This document shows positions 34,101 to 53,300 of a stretch of DNA of 64,000 bases, one piece after another; positions within the stretch are counted from its first letter, which is position 1, and every line of letters starts with the position of its first letter. Both the position numbers and the translations under genes were made by a program. This stretch comes from Hormiphora californensis (Eukaryota > Animalia > Ctenophora): assembly GCA_020137815.1 (NCBI GenBank), contig CM035350.1:7750001-7814000 (forward strand). Reading direction: 5' to 3'. A model generated the notes under the pieces. That model saw only the letters and a program-made list of their open reading frames with translations. It had not been told where the DNA came from and made no database searches.

Positions 34101-37100
34101 TTCTTACACACTTTCTGGCCCTCTAGCCGGACTGATTCTAAAGAAAAAGCTACAGAGGAGATTCAAAATTCAATTTTCAAATTTCAGGAATAATAAGGTC
34201 TAAGGAAAATTATTTGAATAAACTAGTAGAACTGGGGCGATCGTACTGATCGCAAATTGAGGAATCTGTCTCTATTTTTTCTCATCTCTCTATTTCAATC
34301 CAACGCTGTATCTATGTCACTCTGTCTCTATTTCACTCTGTCTCCATCTCATTCTCTGTCTCCAATTCACTCTGTCTCCATCTCACTGTCTTCATCTCAC
34401 TCTGCATCTGACTCCATCTCACTCTATCTCAATCTCACTCTGTCTTCATCTCACCCTGTCTCCATCTAATTTTCTGTCTTCATCTAACTCTGACTCCATC
34501 TCACTCTATCTCCATCTCACTCTGTCTTCATCTCACCCTGTCTCCATCTAAGTTTCTGTCTTCATCTCACTCTGTCTCCATCTCACTTTGTCTCCATCTC
34601 ATTCTCTGTCTCCATCTCACTCTGTATCCAACTCACTCTGTCTTCATCTCACTTTGTCTTCATCTCACTCTGTCTCCATCTCATCCTCTGTCTCGAACTC
34701 ACTCTGTCTCCATCTCACTCTGTCTCCATCTCACTCTGTCTTCATCTCACTCTGTCTCCATCTCACTCTGTCTCCAACTCACTTTGTCTCCATCTCACTC
34801 CATCTCTTTCTATCTCAAAAACTACAGCCGGATCAGAGAGGGAAAGATAATGATGAAAAAACCGGAGAGGGCAAAGGTGTCAGTTGTACAACAAAAGTGG
34901 TCACCTTTCTAGCCAACTAATTTCTGTTAGTTTTTGGCATAATTATAACTTATTTCAATAACATTCCTTATCATTCTTGATCTATATTATATTTTGAATC
35001 TTGATCTATATTATATTTTGAATCTTCTCTGCTACTTCTCTTTAGAATCAGACCGGCTAGCAAGTCTGAACGATGGGTGTAGGTGCGAATGTGTAAGGTC
35101 AGCGATTGGTTAAAAACAGATCACGGGGATGTACACGTGGTAATACAACACCCAATCAAGAGGGGCGCACAATCACCGCTCAGCCAATGATTAGGGCTAG
35201 TTTTAGTCACGTGACAATGCTGAGCTGCTAGGTACTGAACTTTCATGTTTGTAGGGCGCGAAACGTTTTAGAGAGCCAGTTACTCCGGTGGTTCAGCTCC
35301 TTCACTTTTGGTAATCTCTATACTAACCAGAGAATTCGTTGTAAAATAGTCCTTTCTTGCTATAAACTCGGCCTTTAGATAGAAAATTGATTTTATTCTA
35401 CTCGCACTAATGCAAGGGCATTTCACAGTTTGGTGCCGTTATTTTTGTCTCTATTTTTAATAGGATTTTGGGATTAGACTGAAAGTATGGGATCATTTGA
35501 GAAGTAGTGAAGATTTGAAAATGTTAGCAACTTGCCGGTTCGACAAACTAAACCCATATGATTCCAACTTCGGGTCGGACGAGGGGAAGCTTGCCTTTTG
35601 CGAACATATTGCTGCTAGAACAAGAGATCGTCGAAGAATTTCACTGTCGACGTGTTGTAACCATGCCATATCCCCCAGGTGGCAGGGAGCAGTGAGAAGT
35701 GACTTCAAATCAGCCACGCTGCCCAGCAAATTCAAGCGATCCACCCTGACCAACCAGCCGGATCCCCTGAGCCCCCGTGTGGGGATGACGCTGCCCCGGA
35801 ACTACGGCGGAACACGCTCGCCCGTACCAGAGGACGATGAGGATGACCAGGGAGCAGCAGCGGAGGAGTTGAGGAACTTCAAGACACCGGACCTAAAGGA
35901 GCCTGAGAGGAAAACCTCTTTTGGATTTGGTGGATTGTTTGGAGATGACAACAAAAAGAAAGAGAAAACTCCAACACCACCACCACCTCCTAAAACACCG
36001 GAAGAGGCGCCAGGTAAAGAATGACTCATGCCCCCTCCATTTTCACTACTACCCTAGACAAAACGATTCACGTGACCCTTCAAATGTTGCTAAGAGCGCA
36101 TGTCTATGAATCATCCTTACCCCTCCCCAATTTTACCTAGCCGAGTACGTGTTGACAATACCGGGGGAGCAGTTTCACCAACTCAGGGAAACTGGAATCC
36201 TGGGGAACATGCTGGACAGTTACGAGCGGACAGATGGAGACGAATACAATGTCATTCTAAACGGCGACCAATACGCAGAGTTCCAACGGATAATGAACGG
36301 AGATAAACTTGATACCAGCGCCAGTCAGAGAGACGAAGGTACGTGGTGTGGGTTGCATGAACCAGATGATGCATCATGATGATATCTCTGTTGATATGAG
36401 AGGTTGTCTGTGAGGAATGAAGTTTGTCTGTAAAAAGTGTTCGTGATGTTTCAATTTTAATTAGCCATGATGTGATGTGGATTGTGGAAGTTGTCTCGAC
36501 TCTCGACAAATTAAACAGTCGTGTCTCTACAATCGCTTTTACGATGTTCCTATTGTTAATTTATACGACAATGACCATACAAATTGGCCGATAAATTAGC
36601 CTGTTTACCTACACATGAAGTTCATTATGGCATAGACTCTGACAAACTAAGCTACTTCTTATTTCTTAAATCTTTCATAAAACCAACGAATCTTCCATAT
36701 TATATTTACCTATGGTTCATTCTCATAAAGAGTCATTGAAGTCATATACCCATCATGTCATACTACACAACTGTTTCTTGGCTAAACTGCAGCCTTCGGA
36801 ACGGTTCGGGCGTTCTTTTTGTTGGACAAGCTTGTATTTGCTGAGTAACATCCCATAACTAGACAATAACACCCTGTATGTATCATGGTCATCACTAATA
36901 CACATGTATGTTCACACTAGACGGCTACTACGTGGTGTTGTTTACAGAACAGCAGTGGAGGCACATCCACCTATACCCCGAGATAAGAGCACTGGGCCTC
37001 CGGACTAGTGAACAGAGCAGTAGTGCAGTTCTGGGCGACAAATTGGTGGTGAGAATGGCAGAGACAACATATGACAGATACCTTGATATTCAAACAGCAA

Positions 37101-38036
37101 TCAACCAACTTGGTACACCCCACACATGAGTTAGGGATGAACACATATAATGCTAATTATACGGTCAATTACACAGAAAATTCACTTATCTAGGCAATCA
37201 AGGATAAAGAGTTAATATATATATGGCCTACTCTTGACTGATCACGTTAAATGCGAATACACGATTAAAACGAATGATGAGTTCGAAGGGCGTGGGGTGT
37301 TGGTGTATTATATCCGGAGGATGACATGATATCAATTAACTTTATCAATTAATTCCCCTGCACAACGTGGGAAGTGGGAGACTTGGATGTTGGATAGTAT
37401 AATGATATAATATCAGTAATTCTAATAAACAATCACACTTTCAGCAGAGAAGAAGGGAAAGAAAAAGAAGAAGGATAAAAAGAAAGACAAGAAGGATACG
37501 GTAAGAGTCATTTCTATCAATAATGAATCAACTGGCATGTGATTTGATTAACTCAACTCATTAACATATATATAATCCCCGTTATTTCCTGATAGGACGG
37601 AGGGGAGTCAGGTACGACCCCAAAGCCCTAAACGAAAGAGCCGGCTAGGTCGGTGGGGCAGCAGGAGTAGTGTTAACAAGATGGAAACGAGCGAGAGTGA
37701 GGGATGAGAAGAAGAAAAAGAAGCGATTCTCCTTCTCTGGATCTCGGAGTAAAAGTAACCCCGGTAGTGCCAGCGAGGATGGGGAGAAGAAGAAGAGAAG
37801 CAGCGTGTTTGGTAGGAAGAAGAAGAGTTCCGTTACCGCTCCACCAGTTACCACCGACCAACATTGTCGAGCCAGATCCAAATGAACAACCTGATCCTGG
37901 TCACGTTGCGGTGGATATGGGGGAGAGCAAGCCCCTAGAGCAAGGGGAACAACATGAGGAACTATCAGAGTCTGGAGAGGAGGAGGGAGCCAGGAAACAG
38001 GATCCCCCAACATCTGGAGGCCAAGGAGAGGGATGA
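28257..38036 (+). CDS. GAS2-type calponin-homology-domain protein with a long charged C-terminus
   Basis: Exons 28257-28796 (DLADWVGYVTG...FFDKIWSGVLLCEF), 30359-30524 (FIRYNVEVFIIWCRAFGVPE...DLVDKKSVKMVLGSIL), 30586-30726, ~30784-31086, 35679-36013, 36141-36338, 36921-37112, ~37445-37500 and ~37596-38036. The CH domain resembles that of GAS2. Exons near 30.8-31.1 kb and 37.6-37.9 kb need 1-bp indel corrections. Confidence 0.75.
28942..30157. mobile_element. Possible Helitron/Helentron-like non-autonomous insertion in intron 1 of the CH gene
   Basis: Begins actag followed by hairpin ttcgccc-tac-gggcgaa; ends with gtcataactc...gttggaaagagg...tttgaaatcgg...ttagat. Boundaries are inferred. Confidence 0.35.
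32096..32330. repeat. Perfect palindrome: 115-bp arms, 5-nt loop
   Basis: 32096-32210 is the exact reverse complement of 32216-32330 by eye; loop tctcc. Confidence 0.92.
32331..33590. mobile_element. Repeat-cored non-autonomous element (Helentron/HINE-like); related fragment at ~31550-31910
   Basis: atatcgacttgaaa(t/c)tt...gttctt x3, many gtgcaaggg/cccttgcac motifs, aattaattaatt runs; ttgcccctgcacaa and cacaccgttt shared with 31.7-31.85 kb. Confidence 0.45.
33866..35320. mobile_element. Non-autonomous DNA transposon with ~285-bp TIRs (TAG...CTA ends, possibly Academ-like)
   Basis: tagagattaccaaaa...gattctaaaga is the imperfect reverse complement of tctttagaatc...ttttggtaatctcta; no ORF; no clean TSD seen. 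Confidence 0.7.
34310..34810. repeat. 16-bp minisatellite (catctcactctgtctc)n inside the long-TIR element
   Basis: About 30 degenerate copies. Confidence 0.9.
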
Positions 38037-38611
38037 AAGGTTAATATTCCAACTGTGATTAGGAACTGTAATCTAAATCACTGTTACGAGAAAGATAGCA
38101 ATGATGTTGGTGCCATTATCAACGTAGAAAATAGTTTCTTAATATCAACAATCGCACTTTCTAACCTAGCTATTATAATTCTAGGTCCCCTGGACCATAC
38201 TCCCCAACACCAGAGATTCTGAAGCCTGATTACCGAGCTGCCTCGGATAACCGGTACGGAAGCGAGGGAAACCTAGGAAAGGGTTACACCAGTTCGGGAG
38301 AAATGAGCGGTAAGTGAAATCTGTAACTAACTGAAGATCTAGGAAAGTAGTCGGCGCCGAGTGCCGACCCGATCTGAGCGTAATATTAAACGGGGTCTGA
38401 CAACTCGCCAGACAGCTCGCCTTCACAGATACGCGATGATCTAAATACACCCATTATTCTTTCAGATGCGAGTGTATACAGCGTGGTATCATATCCGGTC
38501 ATTGGGAAACGAAAGCGAAAGAAAAAGAAGATCAGACAGGGACCTAACGCTGGAGGATACAGCTCTGAAGTTGGGTGCCTGGAATGTTTCATCATGGTCT
38601 TTTGCCCCTGG

Positions 38612-39602
38612 AGATGGGTCAGCGGAGGGGCAAGGAGGTATTAGATGGGCCAACGGAGGGGCGAGGAGATATTAGATGGGTCAGCGGAGGGGCGAGGAGG
38701 TATTATATGGGTCAGCAGAGGGGCGAGGAGGTATTAGATGGGTCAGCGGAGGGGCGAGGAGGTATTAGATGGGTCAGCGGAGGGGCGAGGAGGTATTAGA
38801 TGGGTCAGCGGAGGGGCGAGGAGGTATTAGATGGGCCAGTGGAGGGGCGAGGAGGTATTAGATGGGTCAGCGGAGGGGCGAGGAGATATTAGATGGGTCA
38901 GCGGAGGGGCGAGGAGATATTAGATGGGTCAGCGGAGGGGCGAGGAGGTATTATATGGGTCAGCAGAGGGGCGAGGAGGTATTAGATGGGTCAGCGGAGG
39001 GGCGAGGAGGTATTAGATGGGTCAGCGGAGGGGCGAGGAGGTATTAGATGGGTCAGCGGAGGGGCGAGGAGGTATTAGATGGGTCAGCGGAGGGGCGAGG
39101 AGGTATTAGATGGGTCAGCGGAGGGGCGAGGAGGTATTAGATGGGCCAGTGGAGGGGCGAGGAGGTATTAGATGGGTCAGCGGAGGGGTGAGGAGGTATT
39201 AGATGGGTCAGCGGAGGGGCGAGGAGGTATTAGATGGGTCAGCGGAGGGGCGAGGAGGTATTAGATGGGCCAGCGGAGGGGCGAGGAGGTATTAGATGGG
39301 TCAGTGGAGGGACGAGGAGATATTAGATGGGCCAGCGGAGGGGCGAGGAGGTATTAGATGGGCCAGCGGAGGGGCGAGGAGGTATTAGATGGGTCAGCGG
39401 AGGGGCGAGGAGATATTAGATGGGTCAGCGGAGGGGCGAGGAGATATTAGATGGGTCAGCGGAGGGGGGAGGAGGTATTAGATGGGTCAGCGGAGGGGCG
39501 AGGAGGTATTAGATGGGTCAGCGGAGGGGCGAGGAGGTATTAGATGGGTCAGCGGAGGGGTGAGGAGATATTAGATGGGCCAGCGGAGGGGCGAGGAGGT
39601 AT
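38612..39602. repeat. 31-bp G-rich minisatellite (agatgggtcagcggaggggcgaggaggtatt)n
   Basis: About 32 homogeneous copies between the convergent 3' ends of the CH gene and ABCG. Confidence 0.97.
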
Positions 39603-40877
39603 CATGTGACCCAATGGTGGCGATATTTAGATAACATAATATCTGGGATAACACAGTCAAAGAACTAGAAAGGTATACGTGTAGCTGGCACTACATGGGA
39701 GTCCGATGAAGCAAGTTGTTTGAGAGATATCTGAGAGAGAAACCCTGTGTAAATTGGTAACGTTGTTACGAAGAAAAAGTGTATCTGTTTCTTTTGAGAA
39801 TTACCACTAGTACTACTGCAGCTGCACAGCAAACTATTCCACGGCACTCATTATCCACAAAACAGATAATCATCGAGCATATATTATCTGCCGAACCCTC
39901 ACAGAGCACTCTCTTGGGCAAAGCACGCTCACTCTGCACTTTGTCGTCATTTTTTAAATAAAATGACGGTGTGAGCCCTACAACAAGAACAATGAAGGCT
40001 TGACTTGTACAGATCTGTGTATTTGAGTATTTCATACGTACCGAATGTGTGGGAAATAATAATTATCACTTGTCACAACAACGGCTGCAGTCATCATACA
40101 GTATCTCACTTCCTTGAGGAAGAATTCAAGAGAGAAAGTGAGAGAAAGTGAGAGAAAGTGAGAGAAAGAGAGAGAAAGAGAGAGAGAGAAAGAGAAGAGG
40201 GGGAGAGAGAGAAGGAAAAGAGAGAGAAAAAAGAGAAAAAAGGAGAAAAGGGGGAAAAAAGAAGAAGAGAAAAGGGGGGGGGGGGGGGGGGATTTTTGTT
40301 GTTTTTCCTGAATTTTCTTTTTTTTGGATTACCGGAGGAGTTGGAATGTCTGCGGAGCAAATTGATCGACATACTAACTGTGATTCTTTTATTACCAATG
40401 TTTTGCTTTGCTCGACCGTGAAAATTAAAATGGTTTGATAATACAACCAATATTCAGTTGTGGGCGAATAAGGTATAAACTGAAAACATGTAAAACGCTA
40501 TCGTATAATTTGGGGAAGTATAAAAAAACGTTATTTGTCAAAAAAAAATAAAGCAATTTTCAGCACACAGCGCGGTTCCTTTGTGCAGTAGCTCACACTA
40601 CATTTTGTTTCATTCAATGGTTCAGCGGGTAAAGCATGCTATTCTGGAATCAATAACCATCCTACTAGGCCAGCTAAAATTGGAGCTAGCATAAGAACAC
40701 CATATTATGTCACTTCCGACAAGTTCACTTCTACGGTAGGGTCTGTAGTTCCCCACTGGATCAAAATCATCATGCGAAAAGTTCAGAAGTTCAGAAGAAG
40801 TTCAGAAGAAGTACACAATCTATTGATTGTTCTGTGTCCACAATGAGTAAAAACACGCGGTGAACTTGGCCGCTCAC

Positions 40878-47977
<7,100 letters not shown>

Positions 47978-48540
47978 GGTGTAGCTGCACAACTATTTTG
48001 AGGTGCTATGAAAACAAGGTGTGTGTGTGTGGCAGAGAATAATGTTCAACGGTGAAAAACTAGGTAGGCTAGGTAGCACACCGGAATTGGATCAATAGAA
48101 TTGTATGAGCTATAGGTTTCCATAGTTACACAATACAACAAAGTTACATGCATCAAACCCAAAAGTAGGGGTACAATAAATGCATCCTATAACTACCACA
48201 ATTAGAAGGTGTAAATATATGTACACTACAAGTTCTGTATTACTACCAGTCAGAGCCGATCATGAGTTTAGTAGAGAGGGCTTCCCAGGTTTTGTACACG
48301 AATATACAAGTTAGGGGTTCCTATATCACATTTCATCTGGGCGGCTTTAGCGAGATAGAAAGATGAGAGTGGGGAAAATAGATGGTTGGAGCAACGTGAA
48401 ACTGGATCTATCCAACTCCGGCTTTTATGAAAAGAGGCATAGCTAGGAGGAGCTAGTTCGGGTATTAATCAATCCAGCCACAATGGGCAGCTGTTTTTGG
48501 AATGTCCGAGAACATCACCATCATCAACTAAAGCACAGAG

Positions 48541-48611
<71 letters not shown>

Positions 48612-48728
48612 TGACATTCGATATTGTAGTATACGAACTAGAGTTCCTTTCGGAGAGTTATAATCTTATTGTAACTCGATTGAGTGGGACAGAGGACACA
48701 TATTATGTTATTAATGGGACTGTGGGGT

Positions 48729-48972
48729 CACGCATGTAGGGGAAGGGGGGCAGGGTACGCCATGGCCCCAGTACTTTTCAGGAAATGGCCCAGTACTTTT
48801 CTTGATTAGACAAAAACTATGACTTTTTGGCCTAAAAACCGAAAAATTTTCTCGGGCTCCGCTGTCGCTTCGCCCGATCTACTCGAATTTTCAATAGAAA
48901 AGTCAATATATGTCATATCACGTGACCAAAAAAAATGGCCCCACCACTTTCAAAACTTCCCCTACATGCCTG
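48729..48972. mobile_element. hAT-type MITE
   Basis: TIR ca(c/g)gcatgtaggggaag; perfect 8-bp TSD tgtggggt at 48721-48728 and 48973-48980. Confidence 0.85.
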
Positions 48973-49339
48973 TGTGGGGTCGTTAGTCGCTCCAGGTCAT
49001 ACATTCTTAGGAGATTTCTAGGTTTCGGTTACAGTCCTTTCATGCATTATATTATTTACTCACCAGAAACATCTCATGTTTGCAGCAGGTAGCGTTGGAA
49101 TCTTCTCTTCATTGAACTTGAAACAGGGCTGTTCTGCCAATGTAATATGGATCGGATCATTCTAACTTGGGAGAGTAAATTGGGAGCAGGTGGGGAGTTA
49201 TTGTACGGGGGAGGGGGGGGGGGGTATTGTAGCAATGTAAGGGGGGAGCTAAGGTTGCTGTAAGATACTCCTAAAAGAATGATACAAAATGCACATCCAT
49301 ACTGTCACTCAAACATTTTATCATTCGAATAATAACGTC

Positions 49340-50022
49340 TCAAAATCCTTTGCTTTCCAAAAACTTGGTAACCACATCTTTACATTGTCCTGGAATGTGT
49401 AGACGACAAAACTTGTCATCAATATGAATGTAGACGGGAGGATACTTCATGTGCTCCTTCATAAAACTCATCATCTCCCCCACCACGACATGGTAATCCC
49501 CGTAGACATTCTCGACAATAGTTCGAACTGGAGTCGGTGTAACTGGAACGTCCGTGCAGGGAGCCTCATTGATATCGAAATTCCCACTTTTCCGTGCCAC
49601 AAGGTAGTCCGGCTGAAAGAAAGGGGTGAAAAACAATTATGTTACCCTAACATATATATGAACATGAGGTAATCGACTTTAAACCTGCTAAATACTTTCC
49701 ATACCGATGGGCTATCATGGTAGACAATCTTGTCCTCGTGAGCTCTTGTTGCTTGGATAAATCTGGTCAGTGGTAGGACTCTGCGCTTGCTATCCACTAC
49801 AGGAACACTGTTGCCTTCCTTGTCATATATCGCATGAATCTCTTCAAATGAGGGTGGAGTCACTATCGGCGATCTGCAGCACAGGTGGGGGTTAGGGGGA
49901 AATCTAGTGTGAATATAACATATAATGGTCTAGGAGGGAGTTAGGGGGTCATCTCGAGAGGCAGGAAATAGTAAAGATTCTTACTTGCTAGTTAGAGATC
50001 TGCTACATACGGCCCTGAACAT
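49340..50022 (-). CDS. MRPL49: Mitochondrial ribosomal protein L49 (Img2 family), divergent
   Basis: Transit-peptide-like start MFRAVCSRSLTSK (50022-49985), a middle exon from ~49873, and last exon PDYLVARK...RTIVENVYGD...CRLHIPGQCKDVVTKFLESKGF*, matching the L49 C-terminal pattern (..L..KGF). Confidence 0.7.
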
Positions 50023-50365
50023 CTTTCCCTGTCTACACAACATTCTACAAAGATGCAAATCAATAAAACTTGTCACAACACTGATAAAATCCTCGATATG
50101 AACAAATATAATGAATTTTAATTTTGTAATAATAGTAAAAAGTTAAATAATAACAAGGTAAAATTTGTGAGATCACCCAGAAACCCGTATCGCGATATCT
50201 GATCCGCACGTGTCATCGAACCGATTCCCACAAAGAAAAACATACAACTAATGTCTTTATCACGTTGGGACAAGGAAATGCCTATTAGGATCGTATCCAT
50301 GGTGTGGTAACCATCGTGACAAACTCGTTGTGGTAACCATGGTTACACATTGCCCGTGTACAAAG

Positions 50366-53300
50366 CTAACTTCCAATAATCCAGAGCATGTTAAGTCCTG
50401 TAGGGCCAAGATTGACAGGCCCTAGCATGCCGTGTTCCTCGCTCCTCAGATGGAACAGCAGGAGAAGGAGGGAATGGAACAGATTGTTCCTTCCCTTGCT
50501 CACCTCCCAAACCTCATCTTCCACTAGCACCTGAGAGGAAGGTGGTATCACTGGGTTACCACTGCAGCCATGGTAACGGGTGGTTTTCATTGTCACATCA
50601 TGGTAGCCATGGTAACGGGTTGATTTTCATTGTCACATCATGGTAACTATGGTAACGGGTTTTTTCATTGTCACATCGTGGTAACCATGGTAACGGTTTG
50701 TTTTCATTGTCACATCGTGGTAACCATGGTAACGGTTTGTTTTCATTGTCACATCATGGTAACCATGGTAACGGCCAACGGGTTGTTTTCATTGTCACAT
50801 CATGGTAGCCATGGTAACGGTTTGTTTTCATTGTCACATCATGGTAGCCATGGTAACGGTTTGTTTTCATTATGCTAATTATGCTAATTATGTGATTATA
50901 TCGTACCTTGAAATGAGGAGGATGGATAGAAGACTGAAAGAGGGCGTACTCTCGCTTCTTGCTATCCGCTTTGTTAGGAGTTTGCACAAAGTACTGGGTT
51001 GTAAATGTTCTTCCCTGCAAATGGAGATGGAGATGTTATCAGGGTGTCAAGCAAAGCAACAGATAACGTCAAACGAGCCGGTAACCATGGTACCATGGTA
51101 ACCATGGAAACACACAAACCTCAGGGTACATGGGGTTACGTGGAAGATGCGAGTCTAGGTAGGTATTGATACAGTGGGCCACTATCTGGGAATCTGTTGG
51201 TAGCTCCTTGTTCCAGGGTGCATTCTTATACTGACCACCGCTCTCCCACCTGAAGCAACCTGCAGAGAGGTGGGATTAATTTGGAATTTTTAATCGTTCA
51301 CTTTGCCCAGCTGTAATTCAAGAAGTTATCCGGCTTACAAACAATAAACCAAATCATTTTCTTTTTATACAAAATTGAAAACCATCAAAAAGTAGCCGGA
51401 TCTATATCTGTGTAATACCTACCTAGACAGCTACCAGCAGCCAGTTCCCCTATGCGGTGGACAAGGTATTCCTGGTTCACGCTCACTTCCAAATAGGGCA
51501 GCACTTTAGCTGAGGGAGGGGGAGTAATAGTACTGGGGCAGTTTTACATTTATGTTTATTGTTGGACTTGTTTTTGGTAGTTCTCTGAAACCGCTTGTTT
51601 CACTTTGTACTATGTTTATTGTTGGGTAGAAATTGAAAGACTATTGATTGTTAAAGAAGAGCTGAATAAAACATACCGATATTGGCCATGTGCTCGTGTT
51701 TGTTAGTTGATATCTTTGAGAGAACAGCAGTGCTGACAGAGCCTATCTTGCACTCCGCTGATCCTATTTGCTCCAGAGTCTTGTTGATCATCTGGATCTC
51801 ACTATGCAGGTGCTGCAACAGTAATTATTGGATTAGATAAATGGAACGATGTAAAACTTTAGAGTTTGGCTTTATCTTGGCTTATCTTTGCTTATAGTTT
51901 GGCTTTAGCTAATCGTACTAGACACGACAGCCACATGGTACCTGAAAGATGGTCCGGGCAAGCCAGGTCCTGATATTCTGAGTCCAGCTATCCAGGTAGG
52001 GAGCACTAACTCCCAGTCTCTCTAACAGTGCATCAGCTGCCTGTTGGTTGTAATAACTTGTATCCCCGGACACGCTGACACTCTGGTTTTGAGAGGCCAG
52101 AAAGTAGGTCCGAGGGGGCAGGGTTTCAGAGGCCCGGGGTGCCCAGCCACTGGAAAGAGACCTGTCAGAGGTTCCCCTCGCCATCCACTTGTCTTTCTCT
52201 TCGTACTCCTATTACATGGGGTTTGGTGATGTGCAGGGTATGACCTAGAACTTTGGATGAGCCAGAGAACAGAGCTGATGGTGCTGGGTCATGAGGTCTT
52301 CATTTGAAAGAGTCTATTTGGTTACCTTGAGATAGTTGGAAAGATCGTTGATATCAGAGACCCTCTTCCGTATTTTAGGAGATGCACCCAACTTGAAACT
52401 ACTATCCGCTTCCCGTAGAGGTGTCGTGAAACTAAAAAAGAGTTGGAGAGAACCTAAAATATCGCCTGACTATTTGGCATTCCGCCAATTACCACTCACC
52501 TCATCATACTGGTGTTCATGTTGTTTGTGGTACTGGTAAATTCCGGCTGAACGCAGCTGTGAGGATGAACATGAGTGAGAGTGAAATAATTTCATGATGT
52601 TTTGATCACCGTAGCAACCCCTCTCTTAGTTACATGGTTGCCATGGCTACCCCTCTCTTAGTTACATGGTTGCCATGGCTACCCCTCTCTTAGTTACATG
52701 GTTGCCATGGCTACCCCTCTCTTAGTTACATGGTTGCCATGGCTACCCCTCTCTTAGTTACATGGTTGCCATGGCTACCCCTCTCTTAGTTACATGGTTG
52801 CCGTGGCTACCCCTCTCTTAGTTACATGGTTGCCATGGCTACCCCTCTTTTAGTTACATGGTTGCCATGGCTATCCCTCTCTTAGTTACATGGTTGCCAT
52901 GGCTACCCCTCTTTTAGTTACATGGTTGCCATGGCTACCCCTCTCTTAGTTACCTGATAGTACTGGTACTGTTTAGGGAGTGGAAGGATGCATTGAAGGA
53001 GCTGTTTAGTGTCATGTTACTTCCACTGTTGATGGAGGTGGAGAGGGGCGGTGTGAAAAGATCACCCCTAATAGTCGGTGTCGGTGTCATGTGGGGTGAC
53101 GGACCAGAGACATTGCTCTTGGTGGGTGTTGTTTCAAAGGAAGATGGGCTCCGACCACCTGGAGACGTGTCACAGGAGCTGGTGCCAATCAGGGGCCGAG
53201 CTTTGATGTTGAGGAGAAGAGACTGGGCGGGGGATAGGACGTCCAGTTGGGTTTTGAAGCGTCGTGACGTCACGTATGTGATGATGTCACAGAGCGCGGC

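Noticed and set aside
23986-35025. Short two-copy tandem duplications (~23986, ~29501, ~34975; also ~3933 and ~12506)
   Set aside because: Ordinary slippage-type duplications with no further structure.
30784-37900. Frameshifts suggesting a pseudogene or programmed frameshifting in the CH gene
   Set aside because: Indels fall mostly in short homopolymers and near visibly error-rich consensus; sequencing error is the simpler explanation until reads or cDNA are checked.
38575-39602. CRISPR-like regular repeat and repetitive ORFs
   Set aside because: Contiguous tandem units with no unique spacers, no cas genes, eukaryotic context.
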